From Nemertoderma westbladi (lineage: Eukaryota; Animalia; Xenacoelomorpha), in contig JAUCBJ010006854.1 in assembly GCA_032718475.1 (NCBI GenBank), positions 1 through 64,000 of the forward strand: 64,000 nt of DNA, written 5' to 3'. Positions 12,101 to 25,600 of the stretch are shown here, one piece after another. Position numbers and translations under genes: made by a program. The number at the start of each line of letters is the position of its first letter. Positions within the stretch are counted from its first letter, which is position 1. Below the pieces are notes generated by a model, which had not been told where the DNA came from, ran no database searches, and saw only the letters and a program-made list of their open reading frames with translations.

Positions 12101-14629
12101 ATTATAAAGGTCTGCTTGAGTAGTAGCGAAGTTCTTTATAGCCACCATTTTTACCGACCTTATACCTTGTGCTCCTAATTTATCCTGGGGGGTGGACAAC
12201 ACACCTACATAATAATCTGCCGTTAGGGTAGATTTCCAAACCTGCATAATTCCTGACATATTCAATTTAGTCCGGAATTTGGGTTGTCCAGCAAAGATAT
12301 CTTCGGCTAGTTCTTGATTGATGAATGTTCCTGTGCTGCTGGAGTCAAGGAGGGCGTTCACTATGTAACTTTTGTTAGGACCATGAACTCTGACCTGCAC
12401 TACAGGAAATTCTCTGATTCCTACGTTCCAAGATGGTTGTCTGGCAAAAGTAGTTGGGGGGAACTCATTGTCGGTGTCCTTTTCATAAGTAAGTGCTCGA
12501 TACACCGCGGTATTGATTAGATAACAGGATTCGTTGGCGTCGGAGAATTCGTCAGTATAGAATCCTTCCATCTCAGATTCTTGATCAGTGTCATTTACAT
12601 CACTGAATTGGACATGTAGTTCGGGCTCACTTACCTGACTCGGGTTGTCTCGTTCGAACTCACTGTGTAACAAGATGTGATGTTTCGCGCCACACTTTGC
12701 ACACTTTACGTCGGAGTAACAGGTTCGCCGTTGGTGTCCTGGTCTGAGGCAATTATAGCATAACCGCTTATCCCACACGACTGCACGTCTGTCTACAAGG
12801 GATTTCTTTAGAAATTCAGCACACGCACTCAAACGGTGGGTCCCGTCGCACAGCGCACAGTTAGGTTTTATGTTACTCACTTTACCTTGGGTAACCTGAT
12901 GCACTCTCGTTCTTTCTTCGGGCTTTCTTCCGTGCTTTCTGTTAGGAGACTGAGGAGGGGTCTTGGCAACCTGTTCTCTCCTATCGTTGGTTCGAGCCTT
13001 GTATTTACTTACGTCTTTTGGGGTTTTGTTAACGTAGTAAAATTTGTCAGTGTCTTTCCCACTGTCCTCTTCTTGAGAAGCTTGGCTTTCGCCGTCGTCA
13101 GTGTAACACACCGGTGTGACTCTTCTCCTAGAAACGGGTTTCTCACTTACCTTATTTTCCGATGTTTTTTCTCTGGACTGCTTGATGAGTTGTAGTTTTA
13201 CTTCACCATCTAAGAAGGACATGAGATCAGCCATGGTAGGGCTTCGTCGTTGCTGCTCATTCATATATAACACTTTCTTGTCCCAGCGGGTACATACTCC
13301 ACCCTTTGGTAAAGTAGAGACTACTGCTCCAATAACCATGGAACTCTGATATTCATGAGACTTACCTAACCAGTCCAATTGTCTACAGATCTCCTGAATC
13401 TCATCGGAAAACTCTATAATCCCGCTACTAAGGAAGTTTCGGGGGGCTACTAATTTTGCATACAAATACTTAGCTATGTTATCCTTGTTACCATACCTGA
13501 TGTTTAATGTATCCCAAACTTGTCTTAATCCTTCTGGATGTCCAATAAACTTTAACGCCATTAACTTGGGAGGTCCTTCCAAGCACTTGATGAGGAACCT
13601 AAGTTTCTCTCCGTTAGATAGTACAGAGTTCTGTATGCTGTCTTTGTAATATTCATTGAAAGGTAACCATTTCATCTCATCTCCATTGAATTTGACGATC
13701 TCTCCCACTTTGACCGCTTGGCGGGCTTCTGTTCTAGCCATCTGACGCGTAAAGCTTTCTTGGGCCATCGTGTTATTTAATATCGAATTATCGGTATATA
13801 AATTTCTCGGATCATTATCAGGTCTATAGGGAATATCATTAACAACAGGTTTATAATCACCCTTAATAGGGTTTGCTATAGGAGTTTCTACTTCACTAGC
13901 AGTATAGATGCGTGTAGGCTCCACACCTTGCGCATGTAATACTTCAGACCTAACAGGTTGACACATTGTTACAGGGGGTATTGGTATACCCTTTTGTATA
14001 TTGACTAATTTGTCGCGTTCTAGCGCGATACTTTGCTGCACTTCTTGCAATTCGGCCCTACCTTCCCTTACTGTTCCCTTAAGTTGGTGGACAGTCTCCT
14101 GCATCTGTCCGAGCAGGAGATTCATCCCCCGCCGTCCCTCCTCTACCCACTCGACCGCCGAAGCGGGAGTCGCCAACATTGTAGCGGGCTGACGCAGGAT
14201 GACGGGAGACAAATCTTTGATTTCTCTCTCAGCTTCCAGGACAGGGATATTCTCATGGACTGTTCTACCGGGTACAGGCAGTGTAGTACTGTGTAAAGGG
14301 AATTTAGAGTTAAGCTCTGGAAGTACAGGGGTCTCTAGCACAGGAGTGACTTTGGGAACGACAGGCCTAATTATTTCAGGCTCATCAACTATAGTAGGGA
14401 GTTTTTTGACCTTAATAATTTGGTCTGTAGGTTCTATACTACTTAAGTCTGTGCTAGCTAGTTGTCTTCTAACAGCTGGGGGCAAATCAGGCAATTTGTG
14501 ACGGTGAGATGTTTTTCTACGCCTGCTTAGACGAGATCTATTTCCTCCGCCTTCAGCATCGGTGGTTTCGCTTTCCTCCGATGATGTGTATCCCTGGCGT
14601 TTGGGAGTAGATCTTCTCATCATCTGCAT
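9155..14629 (-). pseudogene. Bel/Pao gag-pol polyprotein (gag, three zinc knuckles, aspartic protease, RT, RNase H, start of the integrase Zn domain), ending in a premature stop
   Basis: Motifs: FNGDEMKW...EKLRFL (gag); CALCDGTHRLSAC, CYNCLRPGHQRRTC, CAKCGAKHHILLH; ALLDSSS; RVVFDGS, GPNL, DIEGMFLQV, YMDD; KTLGLKW, FDPLG, LHVFGDAS, VPRAEL, WTDA, NPADIASRG; IRVGGRL...HAG. Confidence 0.93.
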
Positions 14630-14648
14630 GTGACTAGCAGTTAACTGT

Positions 14649-15986
14649 TTATTTATGTTGTCTTGCGTCTCTTGCAGATTTGGTAGTCTCCTCAGACGCT
14701 CTCCGTTCTGCTTCTGCCACTGCCTTTGCCGCCTTTCTTTCCGCTGCTACTGCTGCTGCCTTTCTTTCCACTTCTGCTTCTGCCATTACCGCTGCTACTG
14801 CTGCTGCCTTTCGGTCCTCTATCCGTCTTTTCTTTACTTGTTCTTCTTGGACTCTAGCGAGGCGGAGTTTTTCATCAAATTTAGCTTGGTTTGCAGCTAA
14901 CATTTCCGCATCGATTGAGTCCAACACAAGCTTGGTTCCTTCACTATTGGGGCGAAGTCCAGCCAGTCGTCTCCTCAACTCTTCATCACCTAGGAAACGT
15001 TGATAGTCTGACAGATAGATGTCTATGGCGTCTCTCGTTCGCGGTCTCTCTGCGGTAACTTCGCTTTCCACTTGAGAAAAGGTGGCATCGGTTGATTCTT
15101 CATAGGTTGGTCTCTCAGCCAGCTGGGATTTCCACTGGGCCGTTTCCTGTACTTTGAGACCTACCCGCTGGAACCAAGTCTTGACAACAACTTGCAGCGA
15201 CGTGTCCTGTCTTCTTTTAGAAGTTTCCTCAAAGGCTGATAGGATTAGTCTAATGCGTAGGGTTCTTTCGCGTACTTGATATAGCAGCTCTTCCTGCTCT
15301 TGAGGTCCTTGGGGTTGTCGAAACAGTTGTTCTTCCAATCGCTCTAAGGAGCCGAAGAATCCCTGCACATATCCTGCTGCCGACCTCTTCCAAACAGCTG
15401 GATCCATCGTATCTTTAGCCACTCCCATCCTGTGTATGTCTTCCCAAGTAGCTTCGGACAAATCTAACGGGAGTCCGGGTCCGGGAAAGTTCCATTGTGA
15501 CTCGACAATAGACATCAATTCTTCCCTGGCGTATCCCGCATAACTATCTTGGGTCGCTCGCTTACTTCTCGCCCAATCGGCTTGATGTTCCTCCACCGCA
15601 ATCAATATAGTAGTTAGCACTGCGGCAGGAAGGGTGAGAAGGGGATCCGAGTAGGCTGTAGCCGCCATCTGCACTCCGCGTTCGGGGGTCAGCTCTACAG
15701 TATCTGAACTACTGGAGCTATCGGATCGCTGGGAACAAGTTTCTTGACTAGGATGTTGCTGCTGTTGGACAGCTGCTTCCTGGTTCCGTTTGACTTGGGC
15801 CCGAGTGCCGATGATAGACCTACGGTGTTGGATTAGCCTAGGGTCTGATACTACTACTGGAGGGATGACCTTTCTTTCAGTAGGAGGTGAGCTGAACTCC
15901 TTTCTTAATCGCTCCACACTCCTATCTGTGTCACAGATTGTTGTATCGATTAGACTGTCTGACAGGTTTTGCTGGGTGCCAGACAT
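14649..15986 (-). pseudogene. Probable N-terminal part of the same Bel/Pao polyprotein, separated by a frameshift
   Basis: 445-aa coiled-coil/low-complexity ORF ending 20 nt before the next ATG. The downstream frame is already open across the junction (RLRRLPNLQETQDNINKQLTASH-MQM). Confidence 0.65.
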
Positions 15987-16089
15987 GTTTAGCTATACGG
16001 TTGAATGCCTACTGCTATAGTTACAGTTAAAGCAAGTCTAGTAATTCAGTATGACCGTTGGCCTAGTACCATTAATTTATTACAGTATA

Positions 16090-16340
16090 TTAGAATACCG
16101 GTATACACTTATAATATATATAAGTATTGTAAACTAGTTTTGTCACAGAGTACCGGTATATAATTTTAGCACAAATATATATAAATATATAATAGGCCTA
16201 TCGTGAATACCGGTATACAGCTGACACTTATAGTATATAAGTATAATTCTGGACTAGAATTAATTACAGAATACCGGTATAATTTCAGCCTAAATTTATA
16301 GAAATAAAGTTAATAGGCCTATCGTGAATACCGGTATATC
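16090..16340. repeat. ~120-bp tandem duplication in the retroelement leader
   Basis: 'taataggcctatcgtgaataccggtata' at ~16190 and ~16311; five gaNtaccggtat motifs. Confidence 0.7.
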
Positions 16341-17328
16341 AATTATTTAAATAATTGAATTTCTGAATTTAAAGGTTACTTAGTTACTTTAACTTACTTT
16401 ATTACCGTTATTTAAGCAGTAGTCCAACTGATATTGAGACCTAATTGTTGTATGGTAGGCCTACTATTATAAATCGTTTGAGTTGATTTATAATATATAT
16501 ATACCCATTTAAAATGGGTTTTGTCAATATTTGAAATAAATGTTATTATTTCTGGGTGGAGTCACTACACAGAAGCTGTGCGCTCTCAGTGAAGTGCTAC
16601 TTATTGGACACTAAAACAGATAATTCTAATTTACCTAAGTTACTTAATACTACAAATTACTTACGATACGGGTGAGATTAAATCTCTAATTAAACACAAC
16701 AAAATATTACGTACGAAATTTTTAGGGTAATTTTACAGGAAGTCTACAAACCAGCCTAACAAAGGGTTAGAATTCTGGTTATTACAGCGGACAGGGAACT
16801 ACGGTATTTGAAAATAATAAGTAGTAGTAAATATATTGCACTGTCCAGATAGGAAAATACCACCGCCTGACGACCTATAGCCGTATCGCTATAGGTACTA
16901 CGTTATGTATCACGGAGTGTTCCTACCTGGAAGTTAATTACCGCGGACTACCAGATCCAACGTGCCTATTAACCACTTTACAACACAAATATACTGCCTA
17001 CACTCTAATTACTTTCGGAAAGCACTGTACACTAAACCCTAAATTAGGTACAAGTACTTATTAAAACAGATAACTAGCAGTTAAATATACTTGAACAGTT
17101 AAAAGAACCACGGCATCTGCTGGAGTGACCGGAGCACAAAGTCACCAGTCTTTACCTACGCCAAGCAGCCCGTGTAGTACCGGGGTTAATTTAACTATAA
17201 CGGTATGTGTAACAAGCACAATTACTGTAGGAATAAACTTGGGGACATGAATGTTGCGAATAATCGCATAAACTCTGAATAATAAATATTACGCTACCCG
17301 TACAGAATACTCAAACAAAATACAAACC

Positions 17329-17845
17329 AAACGCTGGCAGACTACCACCAAGCCTAAATAAACTACAGTATGTGCAGATTCCGAAATGGTTAGTTAGTAT
17401 GCGTTCTAACACGGTAGTACGACTTATTCTTTAAGAGGGGATTGACCTTACAGCTCTGGCTGCCCCAACATACTAACTGGCACTTTATCAGACAAACTCT
17501 ACACACGCAGCAATCTCTTCAGACCTAATAATAGCTAGACAACAATCCAGCCTACAAAATATCTGAGTAATAACTATTACGGTACCTGAACAGACCACAC
17601 AAACAAACACAGACTAAAACGCTGGCAGACTACTATCAAGCCTAAATAAACTACAGTATGTGCAGATTCCAAAATGGTTAGTTAGTATGCGTTCTAACAC
17701 GGTAGTACGACTTATTCTTTAAGAGGGGATTGACCTTACAGCTCTGGCTGCCCCAACTTACTAACTGGCACTTTATTGGACAAACTCCACACACGAATCT
17801 CTCCAGACTCAACAACAGTCAGACAACAGTCCAGCCTACAATTAT
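17329..17845. repeat. ~288-bp direct repeat (2 copies) in the retroelement leader
   Basis: 'aaacgctggcagactac...gctctggctgccccaac' at 17329 and 17617. Confidence 0.9.
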
Positions 17846-18038
17846 CTGAACAATCTGAGCAGACTTACACGTCTTCAGCTCAATATTAACTTACATGTAA
17901 ATAAAACCGACAGAAATAAGTAAAATCTCAATAAAAAACCAGGGCGGCCGTTCCCTGATTAAGTACTAAGACCTACCGGTATACAATAATCAAAATCGAA
18001 TAATACTAATATACTTATACTGGAAGTACCGGTTAGGA

Positions 18039-18266
18039 CAGTTGGGCCTACAGACCTACAGCAGTGCCGGTTCAAGCAGTTAAGCCTACCGACCTACGGC
18101 AGTACCGATTCTGGCAGTTGGGCCTACGGACCTACAGCAGTACCGATTCTGGCAGTTGGGCCTACGGACCTACAGCAGTACCGATTCTGGCAGTTGGGCC
18201 TACGGACCTACAGCAGTACCGATTCTGGCAGTTGGGCCTACAGACCTACAGCAGTACCGGTTCAGG
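18039..18266. repeat. 38-bp minisatellite, 6 copies
   Basis: Unit cagttgggcctacggacctacagcagtaccgattctgg starts at 18039, 18077, 18115, 18153, 18191 and 18229. Confidence 0.92.
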
Positions 18267-19610
18267 TTTACCGGTCGACCGGTACTTTCAACTTTATTGC
18301 TTACTGCAATAAAGACAATAACTGTTATTGTACGCGCTTTTGAAGACCTTTAGCAGTTTAACCTGCCAAAATTTATATGTCTTTTGGTTTATAAATAGAC
18401 TTTAGAAAATGACAAGTATTTAATACCAATAAACACAACATTAGCCGAAGCCAGCCTAGTGCGCGTCCATTCACCCGCTGGATATACCCGGGAGACTGGA
18501 TTCGGAGGGCTTAGATTGTTATTGCAGTGTAAGCTTACTGTATTATTCGATTGATCGTTAATAAATAATTTCTGACCAATATTATTCACTTTCGGGAAAT
18601 ATTAACAGTTCCTTTAGGACGTGGCGCTCTATCTAGGTAAACAGAGATATGACTTATACTAAACACAACGGTAAGTCGGTAAGGCTTATGATTCACGTAT
18701 GAGGCGCATTCTTTAGGAAATGCTTAGTTATCAGTCACAATCATGCACACTACCGGTAACACACAATACTGCACACTAATTTGCCGACCGTCAATGAATT
18801 TTATCATATATAAAGAGAACAGCAATTGACTCATGTAGTGCTTATCAAATAGCATTAAATTCACTACAAACCACAATAATATAAGTCGCAATCGCTATAT
18901 GTAACCTGTCTCTCTAACCTGTAGTGTATCAAGAAAATTGGGAAATTTGGGTTCTTTATAGATGTTCTCCAAATAATATTCAACCAACTGATACAAAATA
19001 ATAACAACAGTAAAAAGCATTAAGACGGTAGGTTAAGATATGATATGACAATATATGTGCCGTTAAGACTGGACTGTGTCCAATTGAGTTGACCGATAAT
19101 TGGGCCGAGTTGTTATGTGTTGTGTTGATAACAGTTATACGCTCTATAATCTAAGCCTACTAATGTTTCTTCTAAAGTCTGAAACGAATTGACTCTAGAG
19201 CCGGTGTTCCTGGCCTAGATAGAAACAACAAAACAGTATCAAGAAAAAACTGCTACTGTCCCTAACACCGTTGCAGGTATCTTTTACACAGAGAGGAATA
19301 GCTCTCATTGGCAGAACACTAGATTCCACAAGTTCCACGAATATCTAAATGCCGAACTATCAGGAATTTTGCAACCCTTGGCCAACACACAAAATGAGTC
19401 ACTCCGCTCGGTTGTCCTGGTTGCATACTCTGCTGCTATAGCTCTGGTTGGCCGATAGAACATAGTAAAGAGCCCCTCGTATAACAAATCAGCCAATCAG
19501 CCGGTCGCTTTGCATCATTCGAGTTAGAGAGCTTTTTAGAGTATTCCAGCGCCTGGGGGGAAACTGGATTGCAAAGCAAAAGGGCCAGTTATATCCCACA
19601 AAAGCTTTTA

Positions 19611-22600
19611 CAAACTGAGTGATTACTTTGTCCCGTAGCAAACTGAGTGATTACTTTGTCCCGTAGTCTATTGAGTGATTACTTTGTCCCGTAGCAAACT
19701 GAGTGATTACTTTATCCCATAGCCTACTGAGTGATTACTTTGTCCGGTAACCAAGTGAGTGATTACTTTGTCCCGTAGCAAACTGAGTGATTACTTTGTC
19801 CCGTAGCAAACTGAGTGATTACTTTGTCCGGTAACCAAGTGAGTGATTACTTTGTCCCGTAGCAAACTGAGTGATTACTTTGTCCCGTAGTCTATTGAGT
19901 GATTACTTTGTCCCATAGCCTACTGATTGATTACTTTGTCCCGTAGCAAACTGAGTGATTACTTTGTCCGGTAACCAAGTGAGTGATTACTTTGTCCCGT
20001 AGCAAACTGAGTGATTACTTTGTCCCGTAGCAAACTGAGTGATTACTTTGTCCCGTAGTCTATTGAGTGATTACTTTGTCCCGTAGCAAACTGAGTGATT
20101 ACTTTATCCCATAGCCTACTGAGTGATTACTTTGTCCGGTAACCAAGTGAGTGATTACTTTGTCCCGTAGCAAACTGAGTGATTACTTTGTCCCGTAGCA
20201 AACTGAGTGATTACTTTGTCCCGTAGCCAAGTGAGTGATTACTTTGTCCGGTAACCAAGTGAGTGATTACTTTGTCCCGTAGCAAAGTGAGTGATTACTT
20301 TGTCCCGTAGCAAACTGAGTGATTACTTTGTCCCGTAGCAAACTGAGTGATTACTTTATCCCATAGCCTACTGAGTGATTACTTTGTCCGGTAACCAAGT
20401 GAGTGATTACTTTGTCCCGTAGCAAACTGAGTGATTACTTTGTCCCGTAGCAAACTGAGTGATTACTTTGTCCCGTAGTCTATTGAGTGATTACTTTGTC
20501 CCATAGCCTACTGAGTGATTACTTTGTCCCGTAGCCAAGTGAGTGATTACTTTGTCCCGTAGTCTATTGAGTGATTACTTTGTCCCGTAGCAAACTGAGT
20601 GATTACTTTATCCCATAGCCTACTGAGTGATTACTTTGTCCGGTAACCAAGTGAGTGATTACTTTGTCCCGTAGCAAACTGAGTGATTACTTTGTCCCGT
20701 AGCAAACTGAGTGATTACTTTGTCCCGTAGTCTATTGAGTGATTACTTTGTCCCATAGCCTACTGAGTGATTACTTTGTCCCGTAGCCAAGTGAGTGATT
20801 ACTTTGTCCGGTAACCAAGTGAGTGATTACTTTGTCCCGTAGCAAACTGAGTGATTACTTTGTCCCGTAGCAAACTGAGTGATTACTTTGTCCCGTAGCA
20901 AACTGAGTGATTACTTTGTCCCGTAGTCTATTGAGTGATTACTTTGTCCCGTAGCAAACTGAGTGATTACTTTATCCCATAGCCTACTGAGTGATTACTT
21001 TGTCCGGTAACCAAGTGAGTGATTACTTTGTCCCGTAGCAAACTGAGTGATTACTTTGTCCCGTAGCAAACTGAGTGATTACTTTGTCCGGTAACCAAGT
21101 GAGTGATTACTTTGTCCCGTAGCAAACTGAGTGATTACTTTGTCCCGTAGTCTATTGAGTGATTACTTTGTCCCATAGCCTACTGAGTGATTACTTTGTC
21201 CCGTAGCCAAGTGAGTGATTACTTTGTCCGGTAACCAAGTGAGTGATTACTTTGTCCCGTAGCAAACTGAGTGATTACGTTGTCCCGTAGTCTATTGAGT
21301 GATTACTTTGTCCCGTAGCAAACTGAGTGATTACTTTATCCCATAGCCTACTGAGTGATTACTTTGTCCGGTAACCAAGTGAGTGATTACTTTGTCCCGT
21401 AGCAAACTGAGTGATTACTTTGTCCCGTAGCAAACTGAGTGATTACTTTGTCCCGTAGCCAAGTGAGTGATTACTTTGTCCGGTAACCAAGTGAGTGATT
21501 ACTTTGTCCCGTAGCAAACTGAGTGATTACTTTGTCCCGTAGCAAACTGAGTGATTACTTTGTCCCGTAGCAAACTGAGTGATTACTTTATCCCATAGCC
21601 TACTGAGTGATTACTTTGTCCGGTAACCAAGTGAGTGATTACTTTGTCCCGTAGCAAACTGAGTGATTACTTTGTCCCGTAGCAAACTGAGTGATTACTT
21701 TGTCCCGTAGTCTATTGCGTGATTACTTTGTCCCATAGCCTACTGAGTGATTACTTTGTCCCGTAGCCAAGTGAGTGATTACTTTGTCCCGTAGTCTATT
21801 GAGTGATTACTTTGTCCCGTAGCAAACTGAGTGATTACTTTATCCCATAGCCTACTGAGTGATTACTTTGTCCGGTAACCAAGTGAGTGATTACTTTGTC
21901 CCGTAGCAAACTGAGTGATTACTTTGTCCCGTAGCAAACTGAGTGATTACTTTGTCCCGTAGTCTATTGAGTGATTACTTTGTCCCATAGCCTACTGAGT
22001 GATTACTGTCCCGTAGCCAAGTGAGTGATTACTTTGTCCGGTAACCAAGTGAGTGATTACTTTGTCCCGTAGCAAACTGAGTGATTACTTTGTCCCGTAG
22101 CAAACTGAGTGATTACTTTGTCCCGTAGCAAACTGAGTGATTACTTTGTCCCGTAGTCTATTGATTGAGTGATTACTTTGTCCCGTAGCAAACTGAGTGA
22201 TTACTTTGTCCCGTAGCAAACTGAGTGATTACTTTGTCCATTAACCAAGTGAGTGATTACTTTGTCCCGTAGCAAACTGAGTGATTACTTTGTCCCGTAG
22301 TCTATTGAGTGATTACTTTTCCCATAGCCTACTGAGTGATTACTTTGTCCCGTAGCCAAGTGAGTGATTACTTTGTCCGGTAACCAAGTGAGTGATTACT
22401 TTGTCCCGTAGCAAACTGAGTGATTACGTTGTCCCGTAGTCTATTGAGTGATTACTTTGTCCCGTAGCAAACTGAGTGATTACTTTATCCCATAGCCTAC
22501 TGAGTGATTACTTTGTCCGGTAACCAAGTGAGTGATTACTTTGTCCCGTAGCAAACTGAGTGATTACTTTGTCCCGTAGCAAACTGAGTGATTACTTTGT

Positions 22601-25600
22601 CCCGTAGCCAAGTGAGTGATTACTTTGTCCGGTAACCAAGTGAGTGATTACTTTGTCCCGTAGCAAACTGAGTGATTACTTTGTCCCGTAGCAAACTGAG
22701 TGATTACTTTGTCCCGTAGCAAACTGAGTGATTACTTTATCCCATAGCCTACTGAGTGATTACTTTGTCCGGTAACCAAGTGAGTGATTACTTTGTCCCG
22801 TAGCAAACTGAGTGATTACTTTGTCCCGTAGCAAACTGAGTGATTACTTTGTCCCGTAGTCTATTGAGTGATTACTTTGTCCCATAGCCTACTGAGTGAT
22901 TACTTTGTCCCGTAGCCAAGTGAGTGATTACTTTGTCCCGTAGTCTATTGAGTGATTACTTTGTCCCGTAGCAAACTGAGTGATTACTTTATCCCATAGC
23001 CTACTGAGTGATTACTTTGTCCGGTAACCAAGTGAGTGATTACTTTGTCCCGTAGCAAACTGAGTGATTACTTTGTCCCGTAGCAAACTGAGTGATTACT
23101 TTGTCCCGTAGCAAACTGAGTGATTACTTTGTCCCATAGCCTACTGAGTGATTACTTTGTCCCGTAGCCAAGTGAGTGATTACTTTGTCCGGTAACCAAG
23201 TGAGTGATTACTTTGTCCCGTAGCAAACTGAGTGATTACTTTGTCCCGTAGCAAACTGAGTGATTACTTTGTCCCGTAGCAAACTGAGTGATTACTTTGT
23301 CCCGTAGTCTATTGAGTGATTACTTTGTCCCGTAGCAAACTGAGTGATTACTTTATCCCATAGCCTACTGAGTGATTACTTTGTCCGGTAACCAAGTGAG
23401 TGATTACTTTGTCCCGTAGCAAACTGAGTGATTACTTTGTCCCGTAGCAAACTGAGTGATTACTTTGTCCCGTAGCAAACGAGTGATTACTTTGTCCCGT
23501 AGCAAACTGAGTGATTACTTTGTCCCGTAGCCAAGTGAGTGATTACTTTGTCCGGTAACCAAGTGAATGATTACTTTGTCCCGTAGCAAACTGAGTGATT
23601 AATTTGTCCCGTAGCAAACTGAGTGATTACTTTGTCCCGTAGCAAACTGAGTGATTACTTTGTCCGGTAACCAAGTGAGTGATTACTTTGTCCCGTAGCA
23701 AACTGAGTGATTACTTTGTCCCGTAGTCTATTGAGTGATTACTTTGTCCCATAGCCTACTGAGTGATTACTTTGTCCCGTAGCCAAGTGAGTGATTACTT
23801 TGTCCGGTAACCAAGTGAGTGATTACTTTGTCCCGTAGCAAACTGAGTGATTACGTTGTCCCGTAGTCTATTGAGTGATTACTTTGTCCCGTAGCAAACT
23901 GAGTGATTACTTTATCCCATAGCCTACTGAGTGATTACTTTGTCCGGTAACCAAGTGAGTGATTACTTTGTCCCGTAGCAAACTGAGTGATTACTTTGTC
24001 CCGTAGCAAACTGAGTGATTACTTTGTCCCGTAGCCAAGTGAGTGATTACTTTGTCCGGTAACCAAGTGAGTGATTACTTTGTCCCGTAGCAAACTGAGT
24101 GATTACTTTGTCCCGTAGCAAACTGAGTGATTACTTTGTCCCGTAGCAAACTGAGTGATTACTTTATCCCATAGCCTACTGAGTGATTACTTTGTCCGGT
24201 AACCAAGTGAGTGATTACTTTGTCCCGTAGCAAACTGAGTGATTACTTTGTCCCGTAGCAAACTGAGTGATTACTTTGTCCCGTAGTCTATTGCGTGATT
24301 ACTTTGTCCCATAGCCTACTGAGTGATTACTTTGTCCCGTAGCCAAGTGAGTGATTACTTTGTCCCGTAGTCTATTGAGTGATTACTTTGTCCCGTAGCA
24401 AACTGAGTGATTACTTTATCCCATAGCCTACTGAGTGATTACTTTGTCCGGTAACCAAGTGAGTGATTACTTTGTCCCGTAGCAAACTGAGTGATTACTT
24501 TGTCCCGTAGCAAACTGAGTGATTACTTTGTCCCGTAGTCTATTGAGTGATTACTTTGTCCCATAGCCTACTGAGTGATTACTTTGTCCCGTAGCCAAGT
24601 GAGTGATTACTTTGTCCGGTAACCAAGTGAGTGATTACTTTGTCCCGTAGCAAACTGAGTGATTACTTTGTCCCGTAGCAAACTGAGTGATTACTTTGTC
24701 CCGTAGCAAACTGAGTGATTACTTTGTCCCGTAGTCTATTGATTGAGTGATTACTTTGTCCCGTAGCAAACTGAGTGATTACTTTATCCCATAGCCTACT
24801 GAGTGATTACTTTGTCCGGTAACCAAGTGAGTGATTACTTTGTCCCGTAGCAAACTGAGTGATTACTTTGTCCCGTAGCAAACTGAGTGATTACTTTGTC
24901 CGTTAACCAAGTGAGTGATTACTTTGTCCCGTAGCAAACTGAGTGATTACTTTGTCCCGTAGTCTATTGAGTGATTACTTTTCCCATAGCCTACTGAGTG
25001 ATTACTTTGTCCCGTAGCCAAGTGAGTGATTACTTTGTCCGGTAACCAAGTGAGTGATTACTTTGTCCCGTAGCAAACTGAGTGATTACGTTGTCCCGTA
25101 GTCTATTGAGTGATTACTTTGTCCCGTAGCAAACTGAGTGATTACTTTATCCCATAGCCTACTGAGTGATTACTTTGTCCGGTAACCAAGTGAGTGATTA
25201 CTTTGTCCCGTAGCAAACTGAGTGATTACGTTGTCCCGTAGTCTATTGAGTGATTACTTTGTCCCGTAGCAAACTGAGTGATTACTTTATCCCATAGCCT
25301 ACTGAGTGATTACTTTGTCCGGTAACCAAGTGAGTGATTACTTTGTCCCGTAGCAAACTGAATGATTACTTTGTCCCGTAGCAAACTGAGTGATTACTTT
25401 GTCCCGTAGCCAAGTGAGTGATTACTTTGTCCGGTAACCAAGTGAGTGATTACTTTGTCCCGTAGCAAACTGAGTGATTACTTTGTCCCGTAGCAAACTG
25501 AGTGATTACTTTGTCCCGTAGCAAACTGAGTGATTACTTTATCCCATAGCCTACTGAGTGATTACTTTGTCCGGTAACCAAGTGAGTGATTACTTTGTCC

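Larger units (their letters stand above)
9090..19600 (-). mobile_element. Bel/Pao LTR retrotransposon, 3'-truncated (integrase core and 3' LTR missing); right (5') boundary tentative
   Basis: Gag-pol ORFs described below, followed by a ~3.6-kb leader with internal repeats. A candidate LTR start TGTGGG lies on the minus strand at 19600, with CCAAT/TATA-like sequence at ~19430-19500. There is no second LTR to confirm the boundary. Confidence 0.8.

Noticed and set aside
16865-16905. CTGACGA followed by a strong hairpin, a possible second hammerhead
   Set aside because: No GAAA after the stem and no stem I/III.
18064-18353. Repetitive short ORFs
   Set aside because: Translation of the 38-bp minisatellite.
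18360-18385. Candidate LTR inner end and primer-binding site of the Bel/Pao element
   Set aside because: No second LTR for comparison and no tRNA complement I can identify with confidence.
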